Below, piece after piece: positions 55,065 to 64,000 of a DNA stretch of 64,000 bases. Under the pieces are notes generated by a model. It searched no databases and was not told the DNA's origin. It saw only the letters and a list, made by a program, of their open reading frames with translations. Position numbers and translations under genes: made by a program. The stretch covers positions 8,984 to 72,983 of the forward strand of contig DATEUA010000141.1 of assembly GCA_035283405.1 (NCBI GenBank). The letters run 5' to 3'. This DNA is from Thermoplasmata archaeon. Its GTDB lineage: Archaea; Thermoplasmatota; Thermoplasmata; RBG-16-68-12. Each line of letters starts with the position of its first letter. Position 1 is the stretch's first letter.

Positions 55065-55487
55065 CGAGTTCTCTCTCTCACGTCGACCGCGTCGAAAAGG
55101 AACGGCCTACTTGAGGTTTTGGGTCGACCGCGGAGTGAGATTCGAGGCGGAGGCTTCGAATCAGATTCCTGAGCCGGAACGAGTCGACTCCCGGGCTCCC
55201 GTTCCACGTTCACGAGGTACGTCCCGAGGACGGATACTGCCGTCCAGGACGGCAGGTCCCGCGCGAGCCGATCGCCTTCGTCGGAGCCGATATCGAGTCG
55301 ACCGTCTGCCATGCGATCAGCGAACGCGAGGAGCGTCGGACCTTTGAAAGCCCATAGGAACACCACAATCGCGAGCAGGAGGGCTCGAGGAATCTTGATG
55401 TGCCTCGCTCGGCGTGAGATCGGCCGGGCCCGAAGGTCCGAGGGTCCGGCCGTCGAGGGGCCCCACCGAGTCCGGAGAGGGCACCCG

Positions 55488-56228
55488 TCAGAGCCTCTGG
55501 TCCGGCTTCAGAATGCGCGACTCCACATTCCCCTTCGTCTTCGCGTTCAGCCGCTCGAGAAACTCCGTCTGCATCCCCGCGGGCATCTCGACGACTCCAA
55601 TCCACGCACCGGAGGGCTGCCACTCCTCCCGCACAATGGACCCGAAGGCCTTCAGGTCGCCGTAACACTTCGCGCCGTCTTCCGCGCTCAGCTTGACGGC
55701 GATCCGGACCTTCTCGAACCGGATCGGGATGAGCGGGCGTAACGCGTCGAGGACATCCTTCACCTGCTCCTCGAGGCTCTTGAACGGGTCCACGTGGACC
55801 TTCGCCTCTTCCATCGCGATTTCGATTCGCTGCGCGGGGTGCGGCCCGCCGGTTTGCGGGTTGATGGCGTTCGCCGCGATGTAATGGACGATCTGCTTCC
55901 GCTTTGCCTCCTGCATGTCGCGCCGCTGCTCCGTCGTGAGCTGGATCTCCCCACGCTTGATGATCTGTTTCGCGACGTCGAGGACCGCGGTCGTTCCGAA
56001 GATCTCCACCATCTTGTCCTCCGACGCCTTCGAGCCCTTGTGGGCGTCGCGGAAGATTTCGTCGATCGCGAGTTCCTTGAGCAGGTCGACCTCTTTCCCG
56101 TCTCGCAGCCTCTGGACCGCCTCGGGTTTCACGAGGACTTCGAACTTCTCGCCCGATTTCTCGATGCGGGCTATCACGAACTCGCTGAACAGGTCATCCC
56201 GGCGGTCCGAACGGAGCTCCTTGGGCAT
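55488..56228 (-). CDS. sdo1: SBDS-family ribosome maturation protein Sdo1
   Basis: An SBDS N-terminal FYSH-like domain ([19 protein letters not shown]) is followed by the central and C-terminal domains. Confidence 0.8.
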   Translation of the reverse strand: MPKELRSDRRDDLFSEFVIARIEKSGEKFEVLVKPEAVQRLRDGKEVDLLKELAIDEIFRDAHKGSKASEDKMVEIFGTTAVLDVAKQIIKRGEIQLTTEQRRDMQEAKRKQIVHYIAANAINPQTGGPHPAQRIEIAMEEAKVHVDPFKSLEEQVKDVLDALRPLIPIRFEKVRIAVKLSAEDGAKCYGDLKAFGSIVREEWQPSGAWIGVVEMPAGMQTEFLERLNAKTKGNVESRILKPDQRL

Positions 56229-56236
56229 ACGCGCCC

Positions 56237-56959
56237 CTAGGAGGCGGGCAGCCGGCGGAGGTAGTCGGCCACTTCCTGCTCGGAGAGTCGCCGGAACCTC
56301 TGGCCTTCGAGGACGACGCCGACCTCGATCGCGCGGGAGTCGAGCTTCTCTCCCTCAGACGCTTTCTGGAGGGCCTCGAGCCCTAGGAGGACCGCATCGT
56401 CCTGGGCCATTTCGTCCCGGTACTTCTCCTCGAAAAGCTCCATGACCGCGTTGCGTCCTGCTCCGATGCACCCGGCCTTGTACGAGACGAGGGCCCCGCT
56501 CGGGTCCGTCTCGAACAGATGCGTCCCCATGTCGTCAACGCCAGCGACGAGAAGGGCTGTGCCGAACGGCCTCACGCCCCCGTATTGGGTGTAGTTCTGC
56601 TTGTAGTCGCAGATCCGCTTCACGAGGAGGTCCACGCCGATCTTCTCGTTGTACGTGACCTTGTTGATCTGCGCGACGACGCGAGCGTAGTCCACGAGGA
56701 CGCGTGCGTCCGCAACGAGACCGGAGGTCGCCGCACCGACGTGCTCGTCGATCTGGAAGATCTTCTCGATGGAAGACGTTTCGACGAGCCTCGATCCGAT
56801 CTTCTTGTCCGCCATCAGGACGATCCCGTTCTTGAACTTCAGGCCCGCGGTCGTGTTCCCTCGCGTCACGGCGACGCGGGCGTATTCGACCTGGAAGAGA
56901 CGCCCATCCGGGCTGAAGACGGTGATTGCCCGGTCATATGCCATTTGGCCCGGCTGCAT
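56237..56959 (-). CDS. psmA: Proteasome alpha subunit
   Basis: [27 protein letters not shown] is the canonical alpha-subunit N-terminus. The ORF track adds 7 codons upstream. Confidence 0.85.
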   Translation of the reverse strand: MQPGQMAYDRAITVFSPDGRLFQVEYARVAVTRGNTTAGLKFKNGIVLMADKKIGSRLVETSSIEKIFQIDEHVGAATSGLVADARVLVDYARVVAQINKVTYNEKIGVDLLVKRICDYKQNYTQYGGVRPFGTALLVAGVDDMGTHLFETDPSGALVSYKAGCIGAGRNAVMELFEEKYRDEMAQDDAVLLGLEALQKASEGEKLDSRAIEVGVVLEGQRFRRLSEQEVADYLRRLPAS

Positions 56960-57040
56960 AAGCGACCCTCGGTTCGGCATCTAATATTGCGGTCGCTTAT
57001 AAGGCTTGGTTCAGAAGTCTCAGACAAGGGACGAGGGCCG

Positions 57041-57325
57041 TCAACGGAGATACTTCTCCGTCGCCCGCCGAATCGTTCCCGACGTCCCCAGGGTCGTCAC
57101 GCGGACCGCTTGGCCGGCGACGCGGTCGATGGAGACGAGAGCGCGAATCGTCTCGTCCTTCTCGAAGTTCGTACAGCGGACGAGGCCCTTCGTCGCGTGG
57201 AACTCGACGAGGGACGCGCGCCCGAGGCAGGCCCGGAGCGCGTCGACGACGTCATCGCGCCGGAACGAGCTGGATCCCTCGATCCAGAACGCGACGTACC
57301 GGTACCGCGGAGGCCGGGGGCTCAC
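57041..57325 (-). CDS. rnp2: RNase P protein component Pop5/Rpp14-like
   Basis: RYRYVAFWIEG...LGTSGTIRRATEKY matches the Pop5 family. It sits first in the exosome/proteasome superoperon, as in other archaea. Confidence 0.55.
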   Translation of the reverse strand: MSPRPPRYRYVAFWIEGSSSFRRDDVVDALRACLGRASLVEFHATKGLVRCTNFEKDETIRALVSIDRVAGQAVRVTTLGTSGTIRRATEKYLR

Positions 57326-57378
57326 ACTCGCACCGTAAGGAACGAAAGAGGAAAAGGGTTGGGAAAAGGGGGAGGAGG

Positions 57379-58530
57379 TCAGCGGACTTCGTCGACATCG
57401 CTCGATGTCGCCACGGGGCCCGTGTAGACCTCCTTGCCGAGCAAGGACTTCGACTTGACCCCCGTGATCACGATCAGCACGCGTACCGTGTTCGCGAGCT
57501 TGTCCTCGACGGAACAGCCCCAGATGATCCGGGCCTGCGGGTTGACCTTCTCGCCGACGATCTCGGCTGCGCGCTCCGCCTCGGAGACCGTGAGGTCGGG
57601 TCCGCCGACGACGCGCACAAGGGCGCCTCGCGCGTGGGTGAGGTCGACTTCGCCGAGGAGGGGCGACTCGAGGGCCTCGTTGATCGCGTATTCGATCCGA
57701 TCCCGCTCTTCCTCGCTCTCGCCGATTCCGATCATCGCGACGCCACCGCCCTTCATGATCGTCATCAGGTCCGCGTAGTCGAGGTTCACGAGCCCGGGCT
57801 TCGTGATGATCTCCGTCATGCCCTTGATCGACTGCATCAGGATCTCGTCGGCGACCTTGAACGCGGCGTTGATCGGCAGGCGGGGCACGAGCTCGAGGAG
57901 CTTGTCGTTGTAGATCACGATCGTCGTATCGCAGAACTTGCGGAGCTTGTCCAGGCCGGACTGGGCGTTCTCCATGCGGATCTTGCCCTCGGACTTGAAG
58001 GGCATCGTGACGACGCCCATCACGAGGGCGCCCTCCTCCTTCGACACCCGCGCGACGTACTGCGCAGATCCCGTGCCGGTCCCGCCGCCCAAGCCCGCCG
58101 TGATGAAGACCACGTGGGCGCCGCGGATGAACTCGCGGATCTCCTCTTCGCTCTCACGGGCCGCCTGCTCGCCGACCTCCGGAAGGGCGCCTGCGCCGAG
58201 CCCCTTCGTGAGACGCTTCCCGATGAGGATCTTCTTCGGTGCGTGGACCGCGAGGAGATGCTTCGCGTCCGTGTTCACGGCGGCCATCTGGGCACCCGAG
58301 ATCCCGGCCTCGCTGCACCGGTGGATCGTGTTCGAGCCGCCGCCGCCGCATCCGACGATCTTAATCGAGACGTTGATCGATTCGACGATCTTCTCGATTT
58401 CTTCGTCCTCGTTCGTCTTCGCCGCCTTCGTCCCCTTCGACGGCGCGGGCTTCTCCTGTTCCTTCGCCTCTTCTTGATGACGGGCCAAGGCCTCGTTCAG
58501 AATGGACTTTACCATGTCATCCCATCCCAT
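57379..58530 (-). CDS. ftsZ: Cell division GTPase FtsZ
   Basis: [12 protein letters not shown], the tubulin signature GGGTGTG and NTDAKHL are all present. A TATA-like ttttaaatag lies about 35 nt upstream. Confidence 0.9.
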   Translation of the reverse strand: MGWDDMVKSILNEALARHQEEAKEQEKPAPSKGTKAAKTNEDEEIEKIVESINVSIKIVGCGGGGSNTIHRCSEAGISGAQMAAVNTDAKHLLAVHAPKKILIGKRLTKGLGAGALPEVGEQAARESEEEIREFIRGAHVVFITAGLGGGTGTGSAQYVARVSKEEGALVMGVVTMPFKSEGKIRMENAQSGLDKLRKFCDTTIVIYNDKLLELVPRLPINAAFKVADEILMQSIKGMTEIITKPGLVNLDYADLMTIMKGGGVAMIGIGESEEERDRIEYAINEALESPLLGEVDLTHARGALVRVVGGPDLTVSEAERAAEIVGEKVNPQARIIWGCSVEDKLANTVRVLIVITGVKSKSLLGKEVYTGPVATSSDVDEVR

Positions 58531-58639
58531 CGGGTTCTGACGGCCGGGAGAATCAGGGTGGCTCTATTTAAAACTAGTCATACGTTCGTCTGACACGCTC
58601 CAGGGACGGAGCCGCCCTTCGATTCGCGCGGCCCCTTCG

Positions 58640-59422
58640 CTACGACGGGGTCCTAGAGTCGCCGTTCGCGACGTGCACCGTGACGCCCGCGTTCGTGATG
58701 TCGAACGGATACACGAACTCCTCGTGGCTGGAGCCCTTGTACTTCTCCACGGAGATGAACCGCTTGATCCCCGAGTCGTCCCGGAGCTTGTGGAGCCGGA
58801 CCTCGCCCCGGGCGAGGAACGCCTCCGGCGGGGCCTCCCCTTCCTCCGGGAGCTCGAGGGTCAGGATCGACGTAAGCCCGGCTTCCGTGAGGAACCGGAT
58901 GAAGGACTGGGTCGTGAGGGTCTCCTCGAACTCCCGCATGCAGAAGTACTTCAGTGCCGTCATCGAGTCGACGACGATGCGGTGGTATTTCCGCTTCACG
59001 AACAGCTTCTTGAGCAGCTGCAGGAGCGAGTGCACGCTGACCTCCTGGCTCTCGAAGTCCGGGGTCTTGCGGATCCCTTCCCCGACGGCCCGCATCTTCA
59101 CGGGTTCCGTCTCCGTGGAGATCTCCATGATCGGGGTCGGCTCGAACCGTCGGATGTCCGAGATCGCGTCGAGCACGTCGAGATCGTCCAGGTTCCAGCG
59201 GAACGGACGCAGGTTGATCTTGAGCTCGTTGGGGGGCTCTTCGAGCGCGATGAACAGACATCGTTCCCCGCCCTCGAGACCCTCCCGCAGGAATTGGATC
59301 GAGAGGATGGTCTTCCCGGATCCGGGCGGGCCCGACACGATGTACGGCCGGCCCGGGACGAGCCCCCCGTGAAGCATCTTGTCCAGTCCGAGCACGCCCG
59401 TGCGGATCTTCGCCAATCCCAT
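58640..59422 (-). CDS. KaiC-like ATPase with an internal insert, tandem paralog 2
   Basis: GLDKMLHGGLVPGRPYIVSGPPGSGKT is the Walker A region. It also has RIVVDSMTALKYF and KYKGS. Confidence 0.65.
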   Translation of the reverse strand: MGLAKIRTGVLGLDKMLHGGLVPGRPYIVSGPPGSGKTILSIQFLREGLEGGERCLFIALEEPPNELKINLRPFRWNLDDLDVLDAISDIRRFEPTPIMEISTETEPVKMRAVGEGIRKTPDFESQEVSVHSLLQLLKKLFVKRKYHRIVVDSMTALKYFCMREFEETLTTQSFIRFLTEAGLTSILTLELPEEGEAPPEAFLARGEVRLHKLRDDSGIKRFISVEKYKGSSHEEFVYPFDITNAGVTVHVANGDSRTPS

Positions 59423-60510
59423 CTATCGCGCCACCCCCGGGGGCAGGGGCAGCTCCGTCGGCGGAGGAGGCGGCGGCGAGTCGCCGAGCCGTTGGCGCAG
59501 AAGGGAGTCGCAGGCGAGAGCCTGCTTCAGCGCCTTCTGATAGTTCCGTCGCTGGAAGTGGACCATCGCGCGCGACACGGCGACCTCGACGTCCTTCACG
59601 GCGATCTGCTTGCGGTGGGCCTCGTCGATCTGATGCAGGACGCCGTCGAGGACCGAGGAGACCTCCGCGATGATCCGTGACTCGAGGAACGACTCGCCCA
59701 CTCGGAGGCTTACCGCCCCGGACCGGAAGCTCGTCTGCCCGTTCGGCTGGACGACGATCCCGGTCCCGCCGATCGACAACGGGCGGACATGATCGTCAAA
59801 CCGGGTCCCCCGGAACTTCTCGATGGACACCGCACGGCGGATCACGTTCCCGTCGAGCCACTTGTGGAGCCGGATCTCGCCGCGGCTGAGGAAGAACTCG
59901 GTCTCGATCGTCGTCCGGTTGAGGCGCTCCGAGACGAGCAGGCACGTCGCCTCGATCTCAGAGAGGAACCGCATGAACGACTGGATCAGGATGCGGCTGT
60001 CCTCCCCCTGCATCGAGAACATCTTCAACGCCGTCAGGGAGTCGACGACGATGCGCCGGTACCGCTCCTTCGCCTTCTCGAGGCGGTGGGAGAACTCCTG
60101 CTTGATCATCTTCTGCACGCTGTGCACGCTCACCTCGAGGGCGTGAATCTGGGAGGACTGCCGCACTCCCTGGACGTCCTCCATGTCCCGCACGTCAAGG
60201 GCCGTCCCGACGTCGATGACGGATCGCGTCCGCCTGTGCGCCCGGATGTCCGGGGTCGCGTCGAGGATCTTGAGCCGGTCCAGGTTCCAGCCGAAGATGC
60301 CCATGTTCGCCTTCACCTCGCTTGGCGGTTCGTCGAGCGTCACCAGGAGGCAGGGTTCCCCGCGGCGGAGCCCGTCGAGGAGGAATTGGGCCGCGAGGAT
60401 CGTCTTCCCGCTCCCCGTCGGTCCGGAGACCACGTAAGGCCGGGCGGGAAGCAGCCCGCCGCTCAGCATCACATCGAGTCCTTCGACCCCGGTGCTCACG
60501 CGGTCCGACA
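59423..60510 (-). CDS. KaiC-like ATPase with a ~120-aa helical/Pro-rich C-terminal extension, tandem paralog 1
   Basis: GLDVMLSGGLLPARPYVVSGPTGSGKT, RIVVDSLTALKMF, and a C-terminal ...RQRLGDSPPPPPPTELPLPP. Start taken at MSDRVSTGVEGLD. Confidence 0.65.
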
Positions 60511-60842
60511 TGGGACGGGAACATGAAGCGACCCTGCGGTTCGACGATAAAGGTTCCGACGTGAGAATCACGGGGGCGCCGCGCGTGTCGACGGCCGACG
60601 AAACCGCCCTCCCGGGCGCGCGACCCGATAGCGGGGGATGGACTTCCAGAGACGGAGGCTCGACCTCGCGTCCTTTTGAACCATCGATCTCCGGGTCTCT
60701 CTCCGGGGACCTGGGCGTCCCGGGCTATGAGCCCGACGGGATATCCTGGCTACCCCACCCCGCTGCCTCGGAGGACGCGGCCCTGAGAGGGCGGTGCCGT
60801 CCGCATCCGCGCGGGGCGCATAAAGGTATCGCGGGCCGTCGT

Positions 60843-61172
60843 TCAGAAGAACTTGCGGAATCGCGCCAGGTCCTCGAGGTTCCCCTTCAGCCGGATTTTT
60901 CCCATCGCGTACGCCTTCCAGGGACCGATCTCCCGGAGGAGCAGCCCGCGGAGGGTGTCCGTGTCCGTGATGATCGCCACGTCCGGATGCTCGACTCCGC
61001 CATCCTGGACCCCGGACAGCTTCGAATCCTTCAGGACGAAGTGGTACTTCGTGCCATCCTTGAGCTCGATCAGGACGGTCTTCGTGACGCCGACGAGTTC
61101 GTCGCGTAGGCCCGCGTCCCCGTCGACCTTCGCGTTGAATTTCGCGACGAGGCCGTCCAAGAGGTCCTTCAT
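60843..61172 (-). CDS. SCP2 sterol-carrier-like domain protein
   Basis: KDGTKYHFVLKDSK...AYAMGKIRLKGNLEDLARFRKFF matches the SCP2 C-terminal pattern. The start overlaps the rnhB stop. Confidence 0.55.
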   Translation of the reverse strand: MKDLLDGLVAKFNAKVDGDAGLRDELVGVTKTVLIELKDGTKYHFVLKDSKLSGVQDGGVEHPDVAIITDTDTLRGLLLREIGPWKAYAMGKIRLKGNLEDLARFRKFF

Positions 61173-61822
61173 CAGCGTTCCCCGAACGCGTCGAGCTTGC
61201 GGATCTTCGACTCCGCGAGCAGACGCCTCGCGGTGTCCCACGAGGCGCGGGTGTGGGGCGGGAGAGATCCCTTCTCCCGTATCCATTTTTCCAGGAACCG
61301 GATCGTGTCCGGGTCCGATGGGTAGCCCGAGCCGACGGGTTCGCCGAACTCGCATTCGATCGCACGGACCTCCGCGTCCCGGCGGACCTTCGCCAGGATC
61401 GACGCGGCCCCGACGACGGGGAAGAGGTCGTCCGCCTTGTGCTGGGAGATGATCTCCACGTCGCAGCTGACCTCCCTCAGGATCGCGCGCTTGAACTCGA
61501 TTTCATTGACGTCTGCCGCGTCCACGTACGCGGTCTCCGGATGCAGCTCCGAGATGATCGTCGCGAACAGCCTCGCCTCGAAGTCGTTCAGGCTCATCTC
61601 CGCCCGCATCACGTCGATCTCCTCGGCCGGGACGACGACGAGGTGGCACCTCGCGATCCTCTCGATCTCGGGGGCGAGAGTCTCGCGTCGGTCCGGTGCC
61701 AGCTTCTTCGAGTCGCGCACCCCGAGGCGCCGGAAAGGGGCGTCCGATTCGACCGCGACCCCGGCGACCACTAGAGGACCGATCACGGGCCCGCGGCCCG
61801 CCTCATCGACGCCGCAGATCAC
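61172..61822 (-). CDS. rnhB: Ribonuclease HII
   Basis: MICGVDEAGRGPVIGPLVVAGV is the RNase HII DEDD N-terminal motif. Confidence 0.85.
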   Translation of the reverse strand: MICGVDEAGRGPVIGPLVVAGVAVESDAPFRRLGVRDSKKLAPDRRETLAPEIERIARCHLVVVPAEEIDVMRAEMSLNDFEARLFATIISELHPETAYVDAADVNEIEFKRAILREVSCDVEIISQHKADDLFPVVGAASILAKVRRDAEVRAIECEFGEPVGSGYPSDPDTIRFLEKWIREKGSLPPHTRASWDTARRLLAESKIRKLDAFGER

Positions 61823-61825
61823 GGT

Positions 61826-63136
61826 TCATGCCTCGAAAAGCTCCCGCGCGGTCTCCTGCGCGAGCGCGATGACCTCTTCTTCATCCACGCTTCGGACCAC
61901 GCCGTCCGCCATGAGGACACGTCCGTCCACGATTGTCGCCAGGACATCGCTGCCGCGGCAGGCGTAGACGAGATGGCGGATGACCCTCTCGGGATAAAAA
62001 GGAGTCGCGTGAGGGCCGCGGAGGGAGACGACCGTCAGGTCCGCGCGCTTCCCGACTTCGATGGAGCCCAGATCCGCCTCCCGCCCGAGGGCGCGGGCGC
62101 CTCCGATCGTCGCGAGGTCAAGGACCGTCTGGGCGGGCATCACCCGCGCGTCCCATCGGGAGGATTTGTGCAACAGCGCGGCGGTCTTCATGTCCCCGAA
62201 CATGTCCATCCCGTTGTTCGAGATCGGAGAGTCCGTCCCGAGGGAGACCGTGACGCCCTCCTGGAGCATCTCGGGGACCGGCGCGACCCCGCCGGACGCG
62301 AGCTTCATGTTCGACACGGGGCAGTGGGCGACGCTCACCCCGTGACGCGCGAGAATCCGGACTTCGCCCAGGGTGAGCCAGACGCAGTGCGCCGCGGTGA
62401 GTCGAGGCCCGAGGAAGCCAATCTTCTCGAGCCATTCGACGGGACGCAGGCCCGTCTTGTCGACGTGGCCGTACACCTCCCCGCGGGTCTCCGACAGGTG
62501 CGTGTGGAGGCGGACGCCATGCCGCTCGGCGACGGCGCGGGCCGCCGCGTACGTTTCCTCCGAGGTCACGTAGACGCCCTGGACCCCGACGGACGGGGTG
62601 ACGAGGGGATCGTCCTTGTGCCTTGCGACGAACTGGTCCGCGTTCTTCGCGGGATTCCCGCGCTGCGTCGTGTGTGCCTCGTCCAGCGTGTTCCACGAGA
62701 GGAAGCCGCGGATCCCGGATTCGCGGACGGCGCGGGCCACCTCATCCTCCCAGTAGAACAGGTCGTGGAAGCTCGTCGTGCCGGAGCGAATCATCTCGAG
62801 GCAGCCGAGGAGGGCACCGAGCTGCACGTCCCGCCGTGTGAGAAGCGCATCGATCGCGAACGACTTCTCGAGCATCTCCTCGAGTGGCACGTCGTCCGCG
62901 ACACCGCGAAGCAGCGTGTTCGCGACGTGATGGTGCGTGTTGATGAGGCCCGGGAGGACCGCGCACCGGGAACAGTCCAGGACTTCGTCGGCGGACGCAT
63001 CGACGCGGCCCACTCCTGCGATGAGGCCCTCCTCGACGAGGACGTCTCCCGGGAGGACCCGGCGCTCCGCATCCTGCGTGACGAGCAGCCCACCGCGGAG
63101 GAGGAGCGACATGCCCACGGCGCCGATGCGGGGCAC
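61826..63136 (-). CDS. mtaD: Amidohydrolase-family nucleoside deaminase (MTA/SAH or 5'-deoxyadenosine deaminase-like)
   Basis: LPGLINTHHHV is the metal-binding HxH. ...HLSET... and ...TDSPISNNGMDMF are also present. 436 aa. Confidence 0.75.
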   Translation of the reverse strand: MPRIGAVGMSLLLRGGLLVTQDAERRVLPGDVLVEEGLIAGVGRVDASADEVLDCSRCAVLPGLINTHHHVANTLLRGVADDVPLEEMLEKSFAIDALLTRRDVQLGALLGCLEMIRSGTTSFHDLFYWEDEVARAVRESGIRGFLSWNTLDEAHTTQRGNPAKNADQFVARHKDDPLVTPSVGVQGVYVTSEETYAAARAVAERHGVRLHTHLSETRGEVYGHVDKTGLRPVEWLEKIGFLGPRLTAAHCVWLTLGEVRILARHGVSVAHCPVSNMKLASGGVAPVPEMLQEGVTVSLGTDSPISNNGMDMFGDMKTAALLHKSSRWDARVMPAQTVLDLATIGGARALGREADLGSIEVGKRADLTVVSLRGPHATPFYPERVIRHLVYACRGSDVLATIVDGRVLMADGVVRSVDEEEVIALAQETARELFEA

Positions 63137-64000
63137 GCTAGAAAGGTTTTGCGGGGACGACGCGTTGTGGCCTTCCGTGGCCGCGACCTTCCAAGACGCG
63201 CTGGCCCGGTGCCTCGAGTCGATCCCCCGGGGACGCGTGGCGACGTGCGGCGCGGTCGGTCGGGCCCTCGGGGACGTCCGCGCGGCGAGGGCGGTCTGGT
63301 CCTTCGTCCGCGATCACCCGGAGATGCCCGGAGTCCACCGGATCGTCCGCGCGGATGGCGGCCCCGTTTCGAGGGACGCGGCGGATCGGTTGCGAGGGGA
63401 CGGCGTGGCCTTGACGGGCGGTCGTGTCCCCGCCTCCCGGTTCCTCGAGCCGCTCGAACCGGACGGATACCTGCTCTCCCTTCGCGCCGGGCAGAGACGC
63501 CTCTCGAAGCGGGTCATCAACCGAGACGATTTTGCCGGGCCCGATGTCGTCGGGGGCGTGGACGCGGCGTACCTGGATGAGGTAGCGTACGTGGCCGGGA
63601 CGACGTTCGACCGCCGGTTGGACCCCATCCAGGTCGTCGGAACGTCGGTGGCGGTCGACTTTCCCTACATCCCGACGTACCTTGCGTTCCGGGAGCTGCC
63701 TGCGATCGAAGCGGCCGTGAAGCGACTCGAGCCGCGGCCGGACGTCCTTCTCATCGACGGCCACGGCCGGCTTCATCCGGAGCGATTCGGTATCGCCTGT
63801 CATGCGGGTGTCGTCCTGGACATCCCGACGATTGGCGTCGCAAAGCGTCCCCTCGCGGGCCGTGTGCGGCCGGGGGGGAGGCGACACTCCGCATCACTCG
63901 TCGAAATCGACGGGGTGGCGGAAGGATACGCGTGGACTCCCCCCGGCTGCTCGCGGTCTCTCTTCGTCTCGGCGGGGCATCGCGTCGGCCTGGAGACCGC
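63126..64000 (+). CDS. nfi: Fusion of an alkyltransferase-like (MGMT DNA-binding domain without acceptor Cys) domain to endonuclease V; partial, runs off the window
   Basis: N-terminus: TFQDALARCLESIPRGRVATCGAVGRALGDVRAARAVWSF...PGVHRIVRADG. This is the MGMT C-terminal HTH domain with PCHRV replaced by GVHRIV. The endonuclease V part then follows: VGGVDAAYLDE...YIPTYLAFRELP...IDGHGRLHPERFGIACHAGVVLDIPTIGVAKRPL. The ORF track misses it because it has no stop inside the window. Confidence 0.7.
   Translation, partial: MRGTLERFCGDDALWPSVAATFQDALARCLESIPRGRVATCGAVGRALGDVRAARAVWSFVRDHPEMPGVHRIVRADGGPVSRDAADRLRGDGVALTGGRVPASRFLEPLEPDGYLLSLRAGQRRLSKRVINRDDFAGPDVVGGVDAAYLDEVAYVAGTTFDRRLDPIQVVGTSVAVDFPYIPTYLAFRELPAIEAAVKRLEPRPDVLLIDGHGRLHPERFGIACHAGVVLDIPTIGVAKRPLAGRVRPGGRRHSASLVEIDGVAEGYAWTPPGCSRSLFVSAGHRVGLET

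Noticed and set aside
55210-55668. 152-aa ORF, plus 54998-55366, in the sdo1-rrp4 gap
   Set aside because: It has no protein-like composition or motifs. 54998-55366 overlaps rrp4. The region is treated as a possible ncRNA or unknown locus, not a CDS.
1-64000. CRISPR arrays, rRNA genes, IS elements, integrases
   Set aside because: No regularly spaced direct repeats were seen. No transposase- or integrase-like ORFs were seen. No rRNA-like stretches were seen. The only direct repeat is the pilin gene duplication.

Overview
This 64-kb window reads as a high-GC (about 65-70 %) archaeal chromosome segment with dense, often overlapping genes and archaeal TATA-type promoters. Nearly all promoter and TATA calls below are by eye and should be treated as weak.

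The gene content is euryarchaeal and Thermoplasmata-like, which is an inference from content alone. The evidence is an exosome/proteasome superoperon (pop5-psmA-sdo1-rrp4-rrp41-rrp42-rpl37ae-rpoP-pcc1-pfdB), ftsZ, cbf5, cmk, a DUF106/YidC-like protein, geranylgeranyl reductase, an AglB oligosaccharyltransferase, two class-III-signal-peptide pilins, an MGMT-like/endonuclease V fusion, and a THF-type folate/purine cluster (purD, folD, metF-like, purH, purN).

Other recognisable genes are an XPD-like FeS helicase, an M50 and an M48 membrane protease, larB, an HPS-RraA fusion, type 1 and type 2 RNase H, a riboflavin operon (ribB-ribL-ribC-ribH), metG, PGI/PMI, mtaD and one tRNA-Ser(GGA).

The accessory content worth a second look is:
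- A lower-GC operon encoding a Rab-like small GTPase, a KaiC-like ATPase, a Roadblock/LC7 fusion protein, two Cys-containing paralogs and a translin-like protein.
- A 2164-aa AglB fused to about 1200 aa of extracellular repeat domains, co-transcribed with a secreted protein.
- A secreted protein with four PEGA repeats and a peptidase-G1 (eqolisin) domain.
- Five KaiC-like ATPases in total: one paired with a P-loop-less partner next to the duplicated pilin genes, and two in tandem beside ftsZ.

No CRISPR array, rRNA or obvious mobile element was seen. Most long antisense ORFs in the six-frame track are Arg/Pro-rich frame artefacts of the high GC content. Many start codons are uncertain: the ORF track appears to accept GTG/TTG starts (checked for 13047 and 41125) and takes the most upstream one.
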